Origin: a virus
Strand: one strand, 5' to 3'
IMG/VR virus record: IMGVR_UViG_3300042197_002147
Location: 32,001-96,000 of that record
Length of the DNA stretch: 64,000 nucleotides
In this document: positions 21,222 through 30,345 of the stretch, one piece after another
Numbering within the stretch: position 1 is the stretch's first letter
Layout of the letters: each line of letters starts with the position of its first letter
Position numbers and translations under genes: made by a program
The notes under the pieces: generated by a model
Told to the model about the DNA's origin: nothing
What the model saw: only the letters and a program-made list of their open reading frames with translations
The model's database searches: none

Positions 21222-21908
21222 ATGAATAGAAATCCAAAAAATCTTCAAGAAATTAATAAATTTGAAGCCTGGAAGCGGCAACAAATTATAAATGAGATTT
21301 TTAGAGCATCTTTCCCCAGAATTGCTGCAGCCGGTCTTGGTAGAGCAGCAAAAAGACTAGGATCTGGTTTAATTGGTGCTGTTTCTGTTGCACCAAAATA
21401 TGTAACTAAAACTGCAAAAGCAATGGGTGATGTTCAGCAAAAAACAAAAGTTTTAGGTACTCAAATTACACCAAGATATACCGCATGGATAAAAGCAGGA
21501 AAACCAGATAGCGGTAGACCTTTTGGAAGAGGAGAAATAAGACAATTTAAAAGAACTCAAAGAGATATAAGAAATCAAAGTTTTAAAGTAGATTCAGTTT
21601 CCAAGAAACAAATCATTAAAGCAAAAAGTTCAATAGGTTTAGGAATTCAAGGTGCAAAAAGTGCAATTAGTGCAGTCGATAGAGCATTTGATATAAAAAT
21701 GCCTAAACCAGTGGTCGCTGCTAAAAATATATTAACTACAATACCAAGAATAGTAACAGGGGCAGCAATAGAAAATATTAAACAAAATATCTTAAGTTAT
21801 GATCCAGATTTAACTTCCGCCCAAAATAAAAGATTGCCACATAGAAGTTCTTTGGGTGGAGAATTGATTGGTCAGACCAGAAAAACAATAAAAAGATTAA
21901 ATAAGTAA
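21222..21908 (+). CDS. Highly basic hypothetical protein, possibly an internal head protein
   Basis: K/R/A/G-rich ORF filling the gp21-gp22 gap; ATG 21222 preferred over TTG 21216. Confidence 0.65.
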   Translation: MNRNPKNLQEINKFEAWKRQQIINEIFRASFPRIAAAGLGRAAKRLGSGLIGAVSVAPKYVTKTAKAMGDVQQKTKVLGTQITPRYTAWIKAGKPDSGRPFGRGEIRQFKRTQRDIRNQSFKVDSVSKKQIIKAKSSIGLGIQGAKSAISAVDRAFDIKMPKPVVAAKNILTTIPRIVTGAAIENIKQNILSYDPDLTSAQNKRLPHRSSLGGELIGQTRKTIKRLNK

Positions 21909-21945
21909 TTTAATATCGTCAAAAATTAAATTATTCTAAATATAA

Positions 21946-22953
21946 ATGATAAAAGTGGAGGAACAAATCGTGCAAGATAACACACAACAAGTAACAGATA
22001 TGGGATACTCTTCACCGGGTTTATACAGTGATGTAAACGGAAGAGGAGCAGTAATAGGAACACTTCAAACACAAGATAACTCATTGAGAAATAAGTCATC
22101 TCTTCGTCCAGGCGGTTCTGTAAATCAACCAGCACAATTGGGCGAACTAGAAAGAGATGAGGAAATGACACAATCAGAAAGTATTGCTACAGATATAGAA
22201 AACACACTGAATTCTTTGTTTGAAAATTCTGGTGCTTCTGAAGAATTTGTACAAAAAATCAAGACAGTGTTTACTGCTGCGCTAAATGAAAAAGTTTCTT
22301 TAATTGAACAAGCAATTCTAGAAGCATCTAAAGAAATAATTGAGCAAAAAATTCAAGAAAACATAGGTCAAGTAGTTGAACATGTTGACCAATACCTCAG
22401 CTATGTTGTAGAGGAATGGTCAAAGGAAAATCAACTTGCAATAGAAAATGGTTTCCGCACCGAAATTGCAGAAAACTTTATTCTTGGTCTAAAGGAACTT
22501 TTTGAAAATAGTTTCATTGATGTGCCACAAGAAAAGTATGACATTCTTGACGATCTGTTCTCAGCAAACGCTGAACTAGAAAAAGCAGCAAACACTGCTC
22601 TTTCCGAGAACATGCAACTCAGAAATGAAATTCTTGCTCATCAATGTGCAGAATCTTTCATTGAAATAAGCGAGGGTTTAGCAGATACAGAAATAGAAAA
22701 ACTTGCAAAACTTTCTGAATCTTTAGAATTTGACAGTGTAGATCAGTATGCACAAAAAGTTCAAATTTTGAAGGAATCTTATTTCGGTCAAAGACCACAA
22801 CAATCACAACAGCAAATTGCACCAAATTATGGTTCAATCACTGAAGAAACAACAAATACAAACACAAAACCAGTTGGTTCTGATCCTTTAATGGAACAAT
22901 ATGTCAGAAGCATCAGTAATCAACTAAAGTTAACAAACAAACCAAAAAAGTAA
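21946..22953 (+). CDS. gp22: Prohead core scaffold gp22 (start may be GTG 21970)
   Basis: VDQYLSYVVEEW..EN..AIE.G.RTEIAENFI.GLKELF...IDVP, LKESYF; GGAGG precedes GTG 21970. Confidence 0.93.
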   Translation: MIKVEEQIVQDNTQQVTDMGYSSPGLYSDVNGRGAVIGTLQTQDNSLRNKSSLRPGGSVNQPAQLGELERDEEMTQSESIATDIENTLNSLFENSGASEEFVQKIKTVFTAALNEKVSLIEQAILEASKEIIEQKIQENIGQVVEHVDQYLSYVVEEWSKENQLAIENGFRTEIAENFILGLKELFENSFIDVPQEKYDILDDLFSANAELEKAANTALSENMQLRNEILAHQCAESFIEISEGLADTEIEKLAKLSESLEFDSVDQYAQKVQILKESYFGQRPQQSQQQIAPNYGSITEETTNTNTKPVGSDPLMEQYVRSISNQLKLTNKPKK

Positions 22954-22998
22954 GTTGAAAAATTTAAATCTACTACATATTTAAACAAGGAGAAAAAG

Positions 22999-24414
22999 AT
23001 GGACTTTAATTCAACAACACCGTATGACACATTGGTAGAAAAATGGGAACCAGTAATCAATCACTCGGAACTCCCAGATATAGCAGATGTACACAAGCGC
23101 AGAGTTACTGCCGTTCTCTTAGAGAACCAAAAGAGAGCTCTTGCTGAAGGAATGCTTACAGAAGCACCAGCCAATGCAATTGGTGGTGGTTTCCAGACAG
23201 GACAAATTGGTACACCAAATACAAGTCTTGCTGGTTATGACCCAATTCTAATTTCATTGGTTCGTCGTGCAATGCCAAATGTTGTTGCTTACGACATTGC
23301 TGGCGTTCAACCAATGACCGCACCAACAGGCTTGATCTTTGCAATGAGATCTAAGTACCAACAACAAGGTTTAGTTGGCGACAACAACGAAGCAATGTTT
23401 GATGAACCATGGGCCCAGTTCTCTGGTGCATCTGGTGCATCTGGTGCATTTAGTTTTGCAAACATGCTTGCTGGTCACACACTCGGTGTTGAACCAATTA
23501 CAAGCAGCGGCACAAAGAACGATGTGTTTAGCAAGTTCCGTGGCATTATAACAAATAACGCAGAAGGTCTTGGTGGATCTTCTGATACCTACCAATTCCG
23601 CGAGATGGCATTCAGCATTGAGCGCGTCGCTGTAGAAGCAAGAACACGCGCCCTCAAGGCAGAATACACCACAGAGTTGGCACAAGACCTCAAGGCCGTT
23701 CACGGACTTGATGCTGAATCTGAATTGGCCAACATTCTCAGCACAGAAATTCTCAATGAAATCAACCGCGAGATCATCCGTGCAGTCTACACCATCTCCA
23801 AGAAGGGTGCTCAAAACAGCGACCTCAATGGTGCTGGTAACGGCGTCTACGATGTAGTTGCTGACTCTGACGGTCGTTGGAGCGCAGAACGCTACCGTGG
23901 TTTGATGTTCCAAATCGAACGCGAAGCAAACACCATTGCCAAGCAAACTCGTAGAGGAAAGGGTAACTTCATCCTTTGCAGCGCAGATGTCGCTTCTGCT
24001 CTCGCAATGGGTGGATTCCTCAACCTCTCACCAGCACTCAATGTCAACATGAATGTTGACGACACAGGAAATGTCTTCGCTGGTGTTCTTAACGGTAAGT
24101 TTAAGGTCTTCATCGACCCATTCGTTAAGGAAGGCGTTGATTTCTGCATGGTCGGATATAAGGGAGTTTCCCCATATGACGCCGGTATGTTCTACTGCCC
24201 ATATGTTCCTCTCCAAATGGTTCGTGCAGTATCTCAAGATACCTTCCAACCAAAGATTGGTTTCAAGACCCGTTATGGAATGGTTGCAAATCCATTCGCA
24301 AAGGGAAGAACAGCAATCTCTCTGAACAGTGATGGTCTTGACGCAGACAGCAATGTTTACTACAGACTCTTTGCAGTCAAAAACCTCCACGGTCAAACTG
24401 GTGGAATCGTCTGA
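22999..24414 (+). CDS. gp23: Major capsid protein gp23
   Basis: DPILISLVRRAMP, GVQPMTAPTGLIFAMRS, RALKAEYTTELAQDLKAVHGLDAE, YCPYVPL, FQPKIGFKTRYG. Confidence 0.99.
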   Translation: MDFNSTTPYDTLVEKWEPVINHSELPDIADVHKRRVTAVLLENQKRALAEGMLTEAPANAIGGGFQTGQIGTPNTSLAGYDPILISLVRRAMPNVVAYDIAGVQPMTAPTGLIFAMRSKYQQQGLVGDNNEAMFDEPWAQFSGASGASGAFSFANMLAGHTLGVEPITSSGTKNDVFSKFRGIITNNAEGLGGSSDTYQFREMAFSIERVAVEARTRALKAEYTTELAQDLKAVHGLDAESELANILSTEILNEINREIIRAVYTISKKGAQNSDLNGAGNGVYDVVADSDGRWSAERYRGLMFQIEREANTIAKQTRRGKGNFILCSADVASALAMGGFLNLSPALNVNMNVDDTGNVFAGVLNGKFKVFIDPFVKEGVDFCMVGYKGVSPYDAGMFYCPYVPLQMVRAVSQDTFQPKIGFKTRYGMVANPFAKGRTAISLNSDGLDADSNVYYRLFAVKNLHGQTGGIV

Positions 24415-24438
24415 GTAACTGAATAATTCAGTAACCCG

Positions 24439-24472
24439 AAACCGGGAGCAGAAATGCTCCCGGTTTTCTTTT
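24439..24472 (+). terminator. Rho-independent terminator after gp23
   Basis: aaaccgggagca-gaaa-tgctcccggttt followed by a T-rich run. Confidence 0.9.
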
Positions 24473-24479
24473 ATAAATA
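24472..24479 (+). promoter_or_regulatory. T4-type late promoter TATAAATA for gp3
   Basis: Exact consensus right after the terminator, 5 nt before the ATG. Confidence 0.75.
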
Positions 24480-24484
24480 GTTGT

Positions 24485-25060
24485 ATGAGTTTTGTAGACT
24501 ACTTAAATCAATTACCAAATTCCTTTAAAAGCAAATTGCCTGGCGATTTGCTAATGGAAAACGACTGGAAACCAGAGAATAGAAATTTCTTAACTGGCAA
24601 TAAGTTTATATTTGTTTTAAATCGTGTTCCTACTGTTTCTTTCTTTTGTCAAAGAGTAAACATACCATCTATTGGATTTGGTCAAACTCCTCAGGCAAAT
24701 CCAAGATCTGTAAATATAGTTCGGCCAGGAACACAATTATTGTATGAAGATTTACAAGTTGGTTTTAGTGTTGACGAAGAAATGAAAAACTGGTTAGAAA
24801 TTCATAATTGGTTAGTAAACCTAAGTACATTTACTGGTAATAACGAAAGATTACCAGAAGATCAGAAAATTTCCACGGCAGGAATATATGTATTATCAAG
24901 TTCCTACAAACCAATTTTGACTGTAAAATTTAGCAATGTTTATCCAATTTCGTTGAGTGGTTTAGATTTTGATGTTTCAATACAAGATGTTGATGTCTTA
25001 CAAGCAACCGCAACATTTTCATACACACATTACGAAATAATACAAGGTGCTAATTTTTAA
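24485..25060 (+). CDS. gp3: Tail completion/tube terminator gp3
   Basis: NFL...FFCQRVNIP...VDEEMKNW.EIHNW...YPISLSGLDFD; position after gp23. Confidence 0.88.
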   Translation: MSFVDYLNQLPNSFKSKLPGDLLMENDWKPENRNFLTGNKFIFVLNRVPTVSFFCQRVNIPSIGFGQTPQANPRSVNIVRPGTQLLYEDLQVGFSVDEEMKNWLEIHNWLVNLSTFTGNNERLPEDQKISTAGIYVLSSSYKPILTVKFSNVYPISLSGLDFDVSIQDVDVLQATATFSYTHYEIIQGANF

Positions 25061-25065
25061 ATTTG

Positions 25066-25074
25066 TGTTATACT
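25066..25074 (+). promoter_or_regulatory. Extended -10 promoter TGtTATACT, 7 nt before the uvsY ATG
   Basis: TG-n-TATACT-N7-ATG; -35 is weak. Confidence 0.6.
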
Positions 25075-25081
25075 ATACATT

Positions 25082-25519
25082 ATGCTAAAAATTTCAGATA
25101 TTAGACAAATGATTGAAACTGATATGAAGATTGACCCGACTAATCTAGATCGGGAAAGTTTGCTCATACCACAACTGCATAACAAATATTTGTGCATAAT
25201 GATGGATGAGAAATTAATTCTTAAAAAATATGAATCAGATTTGGCAGTTTTAAAAAAGAATAAGTGGTTATATTACTTGGGAAAAATGTCAGAAGAACAA
25301 TTGCTTTCTCTCGGATGGGAAGCATTTGAACTGGCGATAACCAGACAAGATGTTGACCGATTTATGGAATCTGATTCGGATTACATAACACTTTTTAATA
25401 AAGTAGAATTACAAAAAGAAAAAATAACATATCTAGAAAATATTATTAAATCTATTAGTAATAGAATTTGGAATATCAGAGCCGCTATAGATTGGCATAA
25501 GTTTACTCAGGGACAATGA
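25082..25519 (+). CDS. uvsY: Recombination mediator UvsY
   Basis: ESLLIPQLHNKYL, WLYYLGK, R.WNIRAAIDW.KF; upstream of uvsW. Confidence 0.9.
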   Translation: MLKISDIRQMIETDMKIDPTNLDRESLLIPQLHNKYLCIMMDEKLILKKYESDLAVLKKNKWLYYLGKMSEEQLLSLGWEAFELAITRQDVDRFMESDSDYITLFNKVELQKEKITYLENIIKSISNRIWNIRAAIDWHKFTQGQ

Positions 25520-27012
25520 TTACGATAAATGAATTAGATTCCGTCAATATAAAAATTGATTGCGATAGATCTATCGCAAAGGAAATTAGTTCGTTTTTTA
25601 CATTTACTGTTCCAAATTTTAAATTCACTCCTGCATATAGAAATAAAATATGGGATGGAAAAATAAGACTTTTCAACAGTTTAAGTCACACTTTATATGC
25701 GGGTCTACTTGATTATGTTTTTAAATTTGCAGAAGAAAGAAACTATAAAGTAGAATATAAACCAAAACCAAAACAAACAATATCAATAGAAAAATTGAAT
25801 GAATTTTTAAATTCATTTAAGTGCTATTCTGGCGGGAAAGAAATAACACCCCACGAACATCAAATAGAAGCAGTTAAACACGCTATAAACAAATCTAGAG
25901 CACTTCTAATATCACCAACAGGTAGTGGTAAATCACTGATAATTTATCTATTGATTAGATTCTTAGAATCACAAATACCTGATGATAGTCAAATACTTAT
26001 TGTTGTGCCAACAACTGGATTAGTTACGCAGATGTTTAATGACTTTAAAGATTATGCAAACAAAGACGGTTTTATTAAAAAATGTCACATTGTTTACTCT
26101 GGTCAAGAAAAACAAACAAATAAAAAAGTAATAATTTCAACTTGGCAAAGTATTTACAAACAAAAAGAAGATTTCTTTAAAAACATATATTGTGTGTTTG
26201 GTGATGAATGTCACTTATTTAAAGCAAAATCTTTGACTACCCTGATGTCAAAAATGAAAAATTGTCCATTTAGAATAGGAACAACTGGAACTCTTGATGG
26301 TACTCATGTACATAAACTTGTAGTAGAAGGTCTTTTTGGTCCTGTATACAGCGTGACATCAACTAAAACACTGATTGATAAAAATTTATTGTCAAATTTA
26401 AAAATAAAATGTTTACTACTTCAATATACAGATCAAGAAGTTCAAGAAATAAAAAGAGCAAAATATATTGACGAGGTACAGTGGCTTGTTCAAAATAAAA
26501 AAAGAAACAAATTTATAGTAAATCTATGTTGTCATCTAAAAGGGAATACCTTAGTTCTTTTCAATTATGTTGAAAAGCATGGATTACCTCTTTTTAAAGA
26601 CATGAAAGCAAATTGCAATAAATCTTGTTTTTTAATTTATGGAGGAACAGAAGCAAGTGAACGAGAAGATATTCGTCAAATAGTAAATAATCAAACAGAT
26701 AGCATACTTGTTGCTTCATATGGTACTTGTTCGACTGGTATAAATATAAAGAACATACACAACATTGTATTTACATCTCCATCTAAATCTGTAGTAAGAG
26801 TACTACAATCCATTGGAAGAGGATTAAGAAAAAGTGAATCTAAAGATAAAGTAGTTGTATATGATATAGGAGATGATTTGCGTCACAAAGCACATAGAAA
26901 CCACGCACTAAGACACATGGATGACCGTATTAACATATATAATAGTGAGAAGTTCTTATATAACTTAACTAGTATACGCCTGGAGGAATTAAATGATTTA
27001 CAAGATTCTTAA
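25516..27012 (+). CDS. uvsW: SF2 helicase UvsW
   Basis: WDGKIRLF, SPTGSGKS, DECH, GTTGT, LQSIGRGLR. Confidence 0.96.
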   Translation: MITINELDSVNIKIDCDRSIAKEISSFFTFTVPNFKFTPAYRNKIWDGKIRLFNSLSHTLYAGLLDYVFKFAEERNYKVEYKPKPKQTISIEKLNEFLNSFKCYSGGKEITPHEHQIEAVKHAINKSRALLISPTGSGKSLIIYLLIRFLESQIPDDSQILIVVPTTGLVTQMFNDFKDYANKDGFIKKCHIVYSGQEKQTNKKVIISTWQSIYKQKEDFFKNIYCVFGDECHLFKAKSLTTLMSKMKNCPFRIGTTGTLDGTHVHKLVVEGLFGPVYSVTSTKTLIDKNLLSNLKIKCLLLQYTDQEVQEIKRAKYIDEVQWLVQNKKRNKFIVNLCCHLKGNTLVLFNYVEKHGLPLFKDMKANCNKSCFLIYGGTEASEREDIRQIVNNQTDSILVASYGTCSTGINIKNIHNIVFTSPSKSVVRVLQSIGRGLRKSESKDKVVVYDIGDDLRHKAHRNHALRHMDDRINIYNSEKFLYNLTSIRLEELNDLQDS

Positions 27013-27730
27013 ACTAAAAAGTGGCGAAGAACTAATTGCTGAAATAACAGATAAAAATAGAAGAACTATGACATTGACTAGACCAATGGTTTTTCGAACA
27101 ACAACCATGATGGATCCTATTGGTCGTCCTTATGACATGACAATACTAAAAGATTGGTTGATTCATAGTCAATCAAAGGAAGTTGAAATTCCTAAAAATC
27201 ATGTTGCTTCAATTATAGATCCAAATCCAGAAACAACTAAACTATACAATTTAGAAGTAACTCGTTTGGACAACATAATTCAAGAAACAAAACAAATAAC
27301 AGATGAGGACATAGTAAATAAATTAAAAGAAAAGAAAAAATTACTTACTGATGAACAAGTAATTAATGAAATCTTTGGTAATTTGTTTAAAGAAATGGAA
27401 GAAATGGGACAAGATGCATACAATAAAATAGCAGATTTGCCAGAACTTCCACCAGAAAATAATGTAATAGATCAAGACAATTCAGAAAATTCTGATTTTA
27501 TTGAGCGTCCTATGATTTATATTTCAATGATGCTTCCTCCAGAAGCAATAATGGATTTAATGAACGCAGGAATATTAAATCCAAAGCAATTATCAAAAAT
27601 TGCAAAAAAGATTAAAAAAGATAATAAATTTACAGGTGATGAAAAAGATCACCCAAATTATGGTAATCGTTGGACTGATTGGAGTCCCGATCCAAACTCA
27701 GATGATTATGATGGCCCCAAGAGTACTTAA
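26993..27730 (+). CDS. Hypothetical protein (possible Sm-like N-terminus) of the type found upstream of gp55
   Basis: ILKLKSGEELIAEI N-terminus; GGAGG RBS; position. Confidence 0.7.
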   Translation: MIYKILKLKSGEELIAEITDKNRRTMTLTRPMVFRTTTMMDPIGRPYDMTILKDWLIHSQSKEVEIPKNHVASIIDPNPETTKLYNLEVTRLDNIIQETKQITDEDIVNKLKEKKKLLTDEQVINEIFGNLFKEMEEMGQDAYNKIADLPELPPENNVIDQDNSENSDFIERPMIYISMMLPPEAIMDLMNAGILNPKQLSKIAKKIKKDNKFTGDEKDHPNYGNRWTDWSPDPNSDDYDGPKST

Positions 27731-27778
27731 AGCTTCTTTATTAAAGCTCTATACTTCTTCTTCATACCAGACACAGGA

Positions 27779-27807
27779 ATTGTAATAATGGTGTCAAGTG
27801 TTGTCAA
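27779..27807 (-). promoter_or_regulatory. Antisense sigma70-like promoter TTGACA-17-TACAAT
   Basis: Forward TGTCAA at 27802-27807 and ATTGTA at 27779-27784, 17-nt spacer. Confidence 0.6.
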
Positions 27808-27826
27808 GAGATTTTTTACAAATTTC

Positions 27827-27854
27827 TTGATTTTTGAATTTTAGTCGTTATAAT
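27827..27854 (+). promoter_or_regulatory. Sigma70-like promoter TTGATT-16-TATAAT for the gp55 operon
   Basis: Near-consensus hexamers in the intergenic region. Confidence 0.6.
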
Positions 27855-27871
27855 CTGTGCATGGGTAAATT

Positions 27872-28477
27872 ATGAAAAAGAAAAAGAAAAAAGAAGAATC
27901 AGTAGAAGAAATAATTCAGTCAGAAGAAAAGCAAATTAAAAATTTAAAACATTATATTGATAATGATAAGTTTTGTGATGCTATGATTGAATGGAAAAAG
28001 CAAGTAAGGGCAGCAGAAGCCTGCGACGATCCTAGACCACCAGTAACCGATTATATTGCTGAGTGCTTTTTAAAGATAGCAGAACATTTATCTTATAGAC
28101 CAAATTTTATTAATTATCCTTTTAGAGAGGATATGGTTGGTGATGGTATAGAAAACTGCCTATTATATGCCCATAATTTTGATCCTAAAAAATCAAGCAA
28201 TCCGTTTTCATATTTTACTCAAATAATTTACTATGCCTTTTTACGAAGAATAGAAAAAGAAAAGAAACAAGCTTTTGTTAAATATAAAGCTTTACAAATG
28301 ACTGATATGGATGGTAGATTCACAGAGTGGTTGAGAGAAAATCAAGGTTCTCATACATACAGTGAATTTTTACAGAAAACTTTTTTCTTGACAGAACAAG
28401 ACATCGACAAGATGGAACCAAAAGAAAAGAAAAGAAAAAAGAAGAAAAGAAAAAAGAAATCTAATTACTTTGATTAA
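27872..28477 (+). CDS. gp55: Late sigma factor gp55
   Basis: HYIDN, YIAECFLKIAEHLSYRPNFINYPFREDMVGDGIENC, NPFSYFTQIIYYAFLRRIEKEKKQ. Confidence 0.97.
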   Translation: MKKKKKKEESVEEIIQSEEKQIKNLKHYIDNDKFCDAMIEWKKQVRAAEACDDPRPPVTDYIAECFLKIAEHLSYRPNFINYPFREDMVGDGIENCLLYAHNFDPKKSSNPFSYFTQIIYYAFLRRIEKEKKQAFVKYKALQMTDMDGRFTEWLRENQGSHTYSEFLQKTFFLTEQDIDKMEPKEKKRKKKKRKKKSNYFD

Positions 28478-28480
28478 ATT

Positions 28481-29533
28481 ATGAAAATTGCAATAATAAA
28501 TGACACTCATTTTGGTGCAAGAAACGACTCACCGTTTTTTCTTGAGCAGTCTTTAGATTTTTTTGAAAAGACATTTTTTCCTTATTTAAAGGAACATAAA
28601 ATACAAAATGTACTTCATTTGGGGGATCTTTTAGATCGAAGGAAGTTTATTAACTTCAATACTTTAGCTCAAGTAAAGAAAAGATTTTTTAATCCATTAA
28701 TCGAAAACAATGTAAATATCCATATAACGGTTGGAAATCACGATACTTATTATAAAAATACAAATTCTTTAAATTCTTTAAGAGAACTTTTTTACAAAGA
28801 AAGTTCTTTTATTCACATTCACGAAAATCCTGTAGAGTTAAATTTTGACGGTTTATGCATTGGAATGATTCCGTGGATTGCAAAGGATAATGAACAAGAA
28901 TGTTTAACTTTTATAAAAAATTGTAAATGTCCAATAGTTGTTGGTCATTTTGAAATAAAAGGATTTCAAGTAATAAATGGAGTTGTTCATCCACACGGAA
29001 TTACTGAAAAAGAATTCAATCGTTTTGAGATGGTATTGTCTGGTCATTTCCATATGAAACAAAGTGGAAAAAACATTCACTATTTGGGAACACAATATCA
29101 ACTTAATTTTGGAGATGCAAATACTATAAAAGGATTTCATGTTCTGGATACAGTTACGAGAGAATTAGAATTTATAAAAAATCCGATAGAAATATTTCAT
29201 ACAATAAAATATGATGATGAGAAAGAAACAACCAAGAAGTTATTGATTTCTGATATTTCAAAATATAAAAATTGTTTTGTAAAAATAATTGTCTCGAATA
29301 AAACAAGAGCATATGATTTTGACAAATTTATAGATTCCTTGTATGCTGTCCCGGCACAAGAAGTTTCTATAATAGAGGATTATCAGGAAAAACAAACAGA
29401 AACAGATATTGATATTGCCGAGGATACACTTAGCATTATAAATAAAGAGATAGATAGTTTAGAGAGTATAGAAAACAAGACAAAGTTAAAGGTTCTTGTG
29501 AAAGATTTATATATGGAGAGTTTGACTTTATGA
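28481..29533 (+). CDS. gp47: Mre11-like recombination nuclease gp47
   Basis: DTHFG, HLGDLLDRRK, GNHD, GHFE, SGHFH. Confidence 0.96.
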   Translation: MKIAIINDTHFGARNDSPFFLEQSLDFFEKTFFPYLKEHKIQNVLHLGDLLDRRKFINFNTLAQVKKRFFNPLIENNVNIHITVGNHDTYYKNTNSLNSLRELFYKESSFIHIHENPVELNFDGLCIGMIPWIAKDNEQECLTFIKNCKCPIVVGHFEIKGFQVINGVVHPHGITEKEFNRFEMVLSGHFHMKQSGKNIHYLGTQYQLNFGDANTIKGFHVLDTVTRELEFIKNPIEIFHTIKYDDEKETTKKLLISDISKYKNCFVKIIVSNKTRAYDFDKFIDSLYAVPAQEVSIIEDYQEKQTETDIDIAEDTLSIINKEIDSLESIENKTKLKVLVKDLYMESLTL

Positions 29534-30345
29534 ACACAAATGAAATGCCAACAAAAGAAAATCGTCCAGATGTTTTTGATCCAAGTGTTTACCGGCCGGG
29601 AGAAAACGACATGGCTCCCATTTATGATGAATATGGATATCCGGCAAGACACTCACATAGTTACTATGTTTCTGCCTATATAAGAAAAGAAAATAAATTT
29701 GCAGTCAAAAACAAATTTATACAACCAAAGGTATATGTTGGTAAATCAAAAATAAGTGGGTTGGGTGTATTTGCTTCAGAGGATATTCCCGCAGGAGAAA
29801 TAATTGAACAATGTCCGGTTGTTTTGTTGGATACAACATTTCAACAAAATAAAGACTGGGTATTAAACAGGTACGCATTTACATGGGGATGTGGATGTCA
29901 GATATGTCAAAAACACGGTCATACAATGGCATTAGTTTTGGGAAATGGAATGATTTATAATCATTCGGAAGAACCAAACTCATATTGGACACAGGATACA
30001 GCATTAAAATATTTTACTTTACATTCTATTGTTGATATAAAGAAAGATGAAGAAATTGTTTGGTACTATGGTGCTGGATACTCTATGAGATTAAAGATGG
30101 AAGCAGCGATGACATTTGAAAGAGGAACGCCTGAGGGATGGCCCGGCGACGGTGCAAATCTACCAGCAAAGGGTTGCACATCTTGCGGGAACAATAACAA
30201 GCAACCAGAAACAGAACCAATTGAACTATTAAAAGAAGAAAATAATGAAACTGAAAATAAAAGTAATGCAGATCAACTACTTTTTAGGTCAATGGTTGTC
30301 CCGGAGAAAATTTTAAATGATAAAGTTCAAGAAGGTACGGTTTAA
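29530..30345 (+). CDS. SET-domain protein (putative protein-lysine methyltransferase)
   Basis: SKISGLGVFASEDIPAGEII (motif I), YNHSEEPN (NHS), DIKKDEEIVWYYG (ELxxxY-like). Confidence 0.88.
   Translation: MNTNEMPTKENRPDVFDPSVYRPGENDMAPIYDEYGYPARHSHSYYVSAYIRKENKFAVKNKFIQPKVYVGKSKISGLGVFASEDIPAGEIIEQCPVVLLDTTFQQNKDWVLNRYAFTWGCGCQICQKHGHTMALVLGNGMIYNHSEEPNSYWTQDTALKYFTLHSIVDIKKDEEIVWYYGAGYSMRLKMEAAMTFERGTPEGWPGDGANLPAKGCTSCGNNNKQPETEPIELLKEENNETENKSNADQLLFRSMVVPEKILNDKVQEGTV

Noticed and set aside
23371-24396. Long minus-strand ORFs opposite gp23, and similar shadows opposite the fibre genes
   Set aside because: They are antisense shadows of biased coding sequence, with no recognisable motifs or expression signals
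24418-24432. Palindrome ACTGAAT-A-ATTCAGT after the gp23 stop as an operator
   Set aside because: I noticed only one short AT-rich instance, which is not distinguishable from chance
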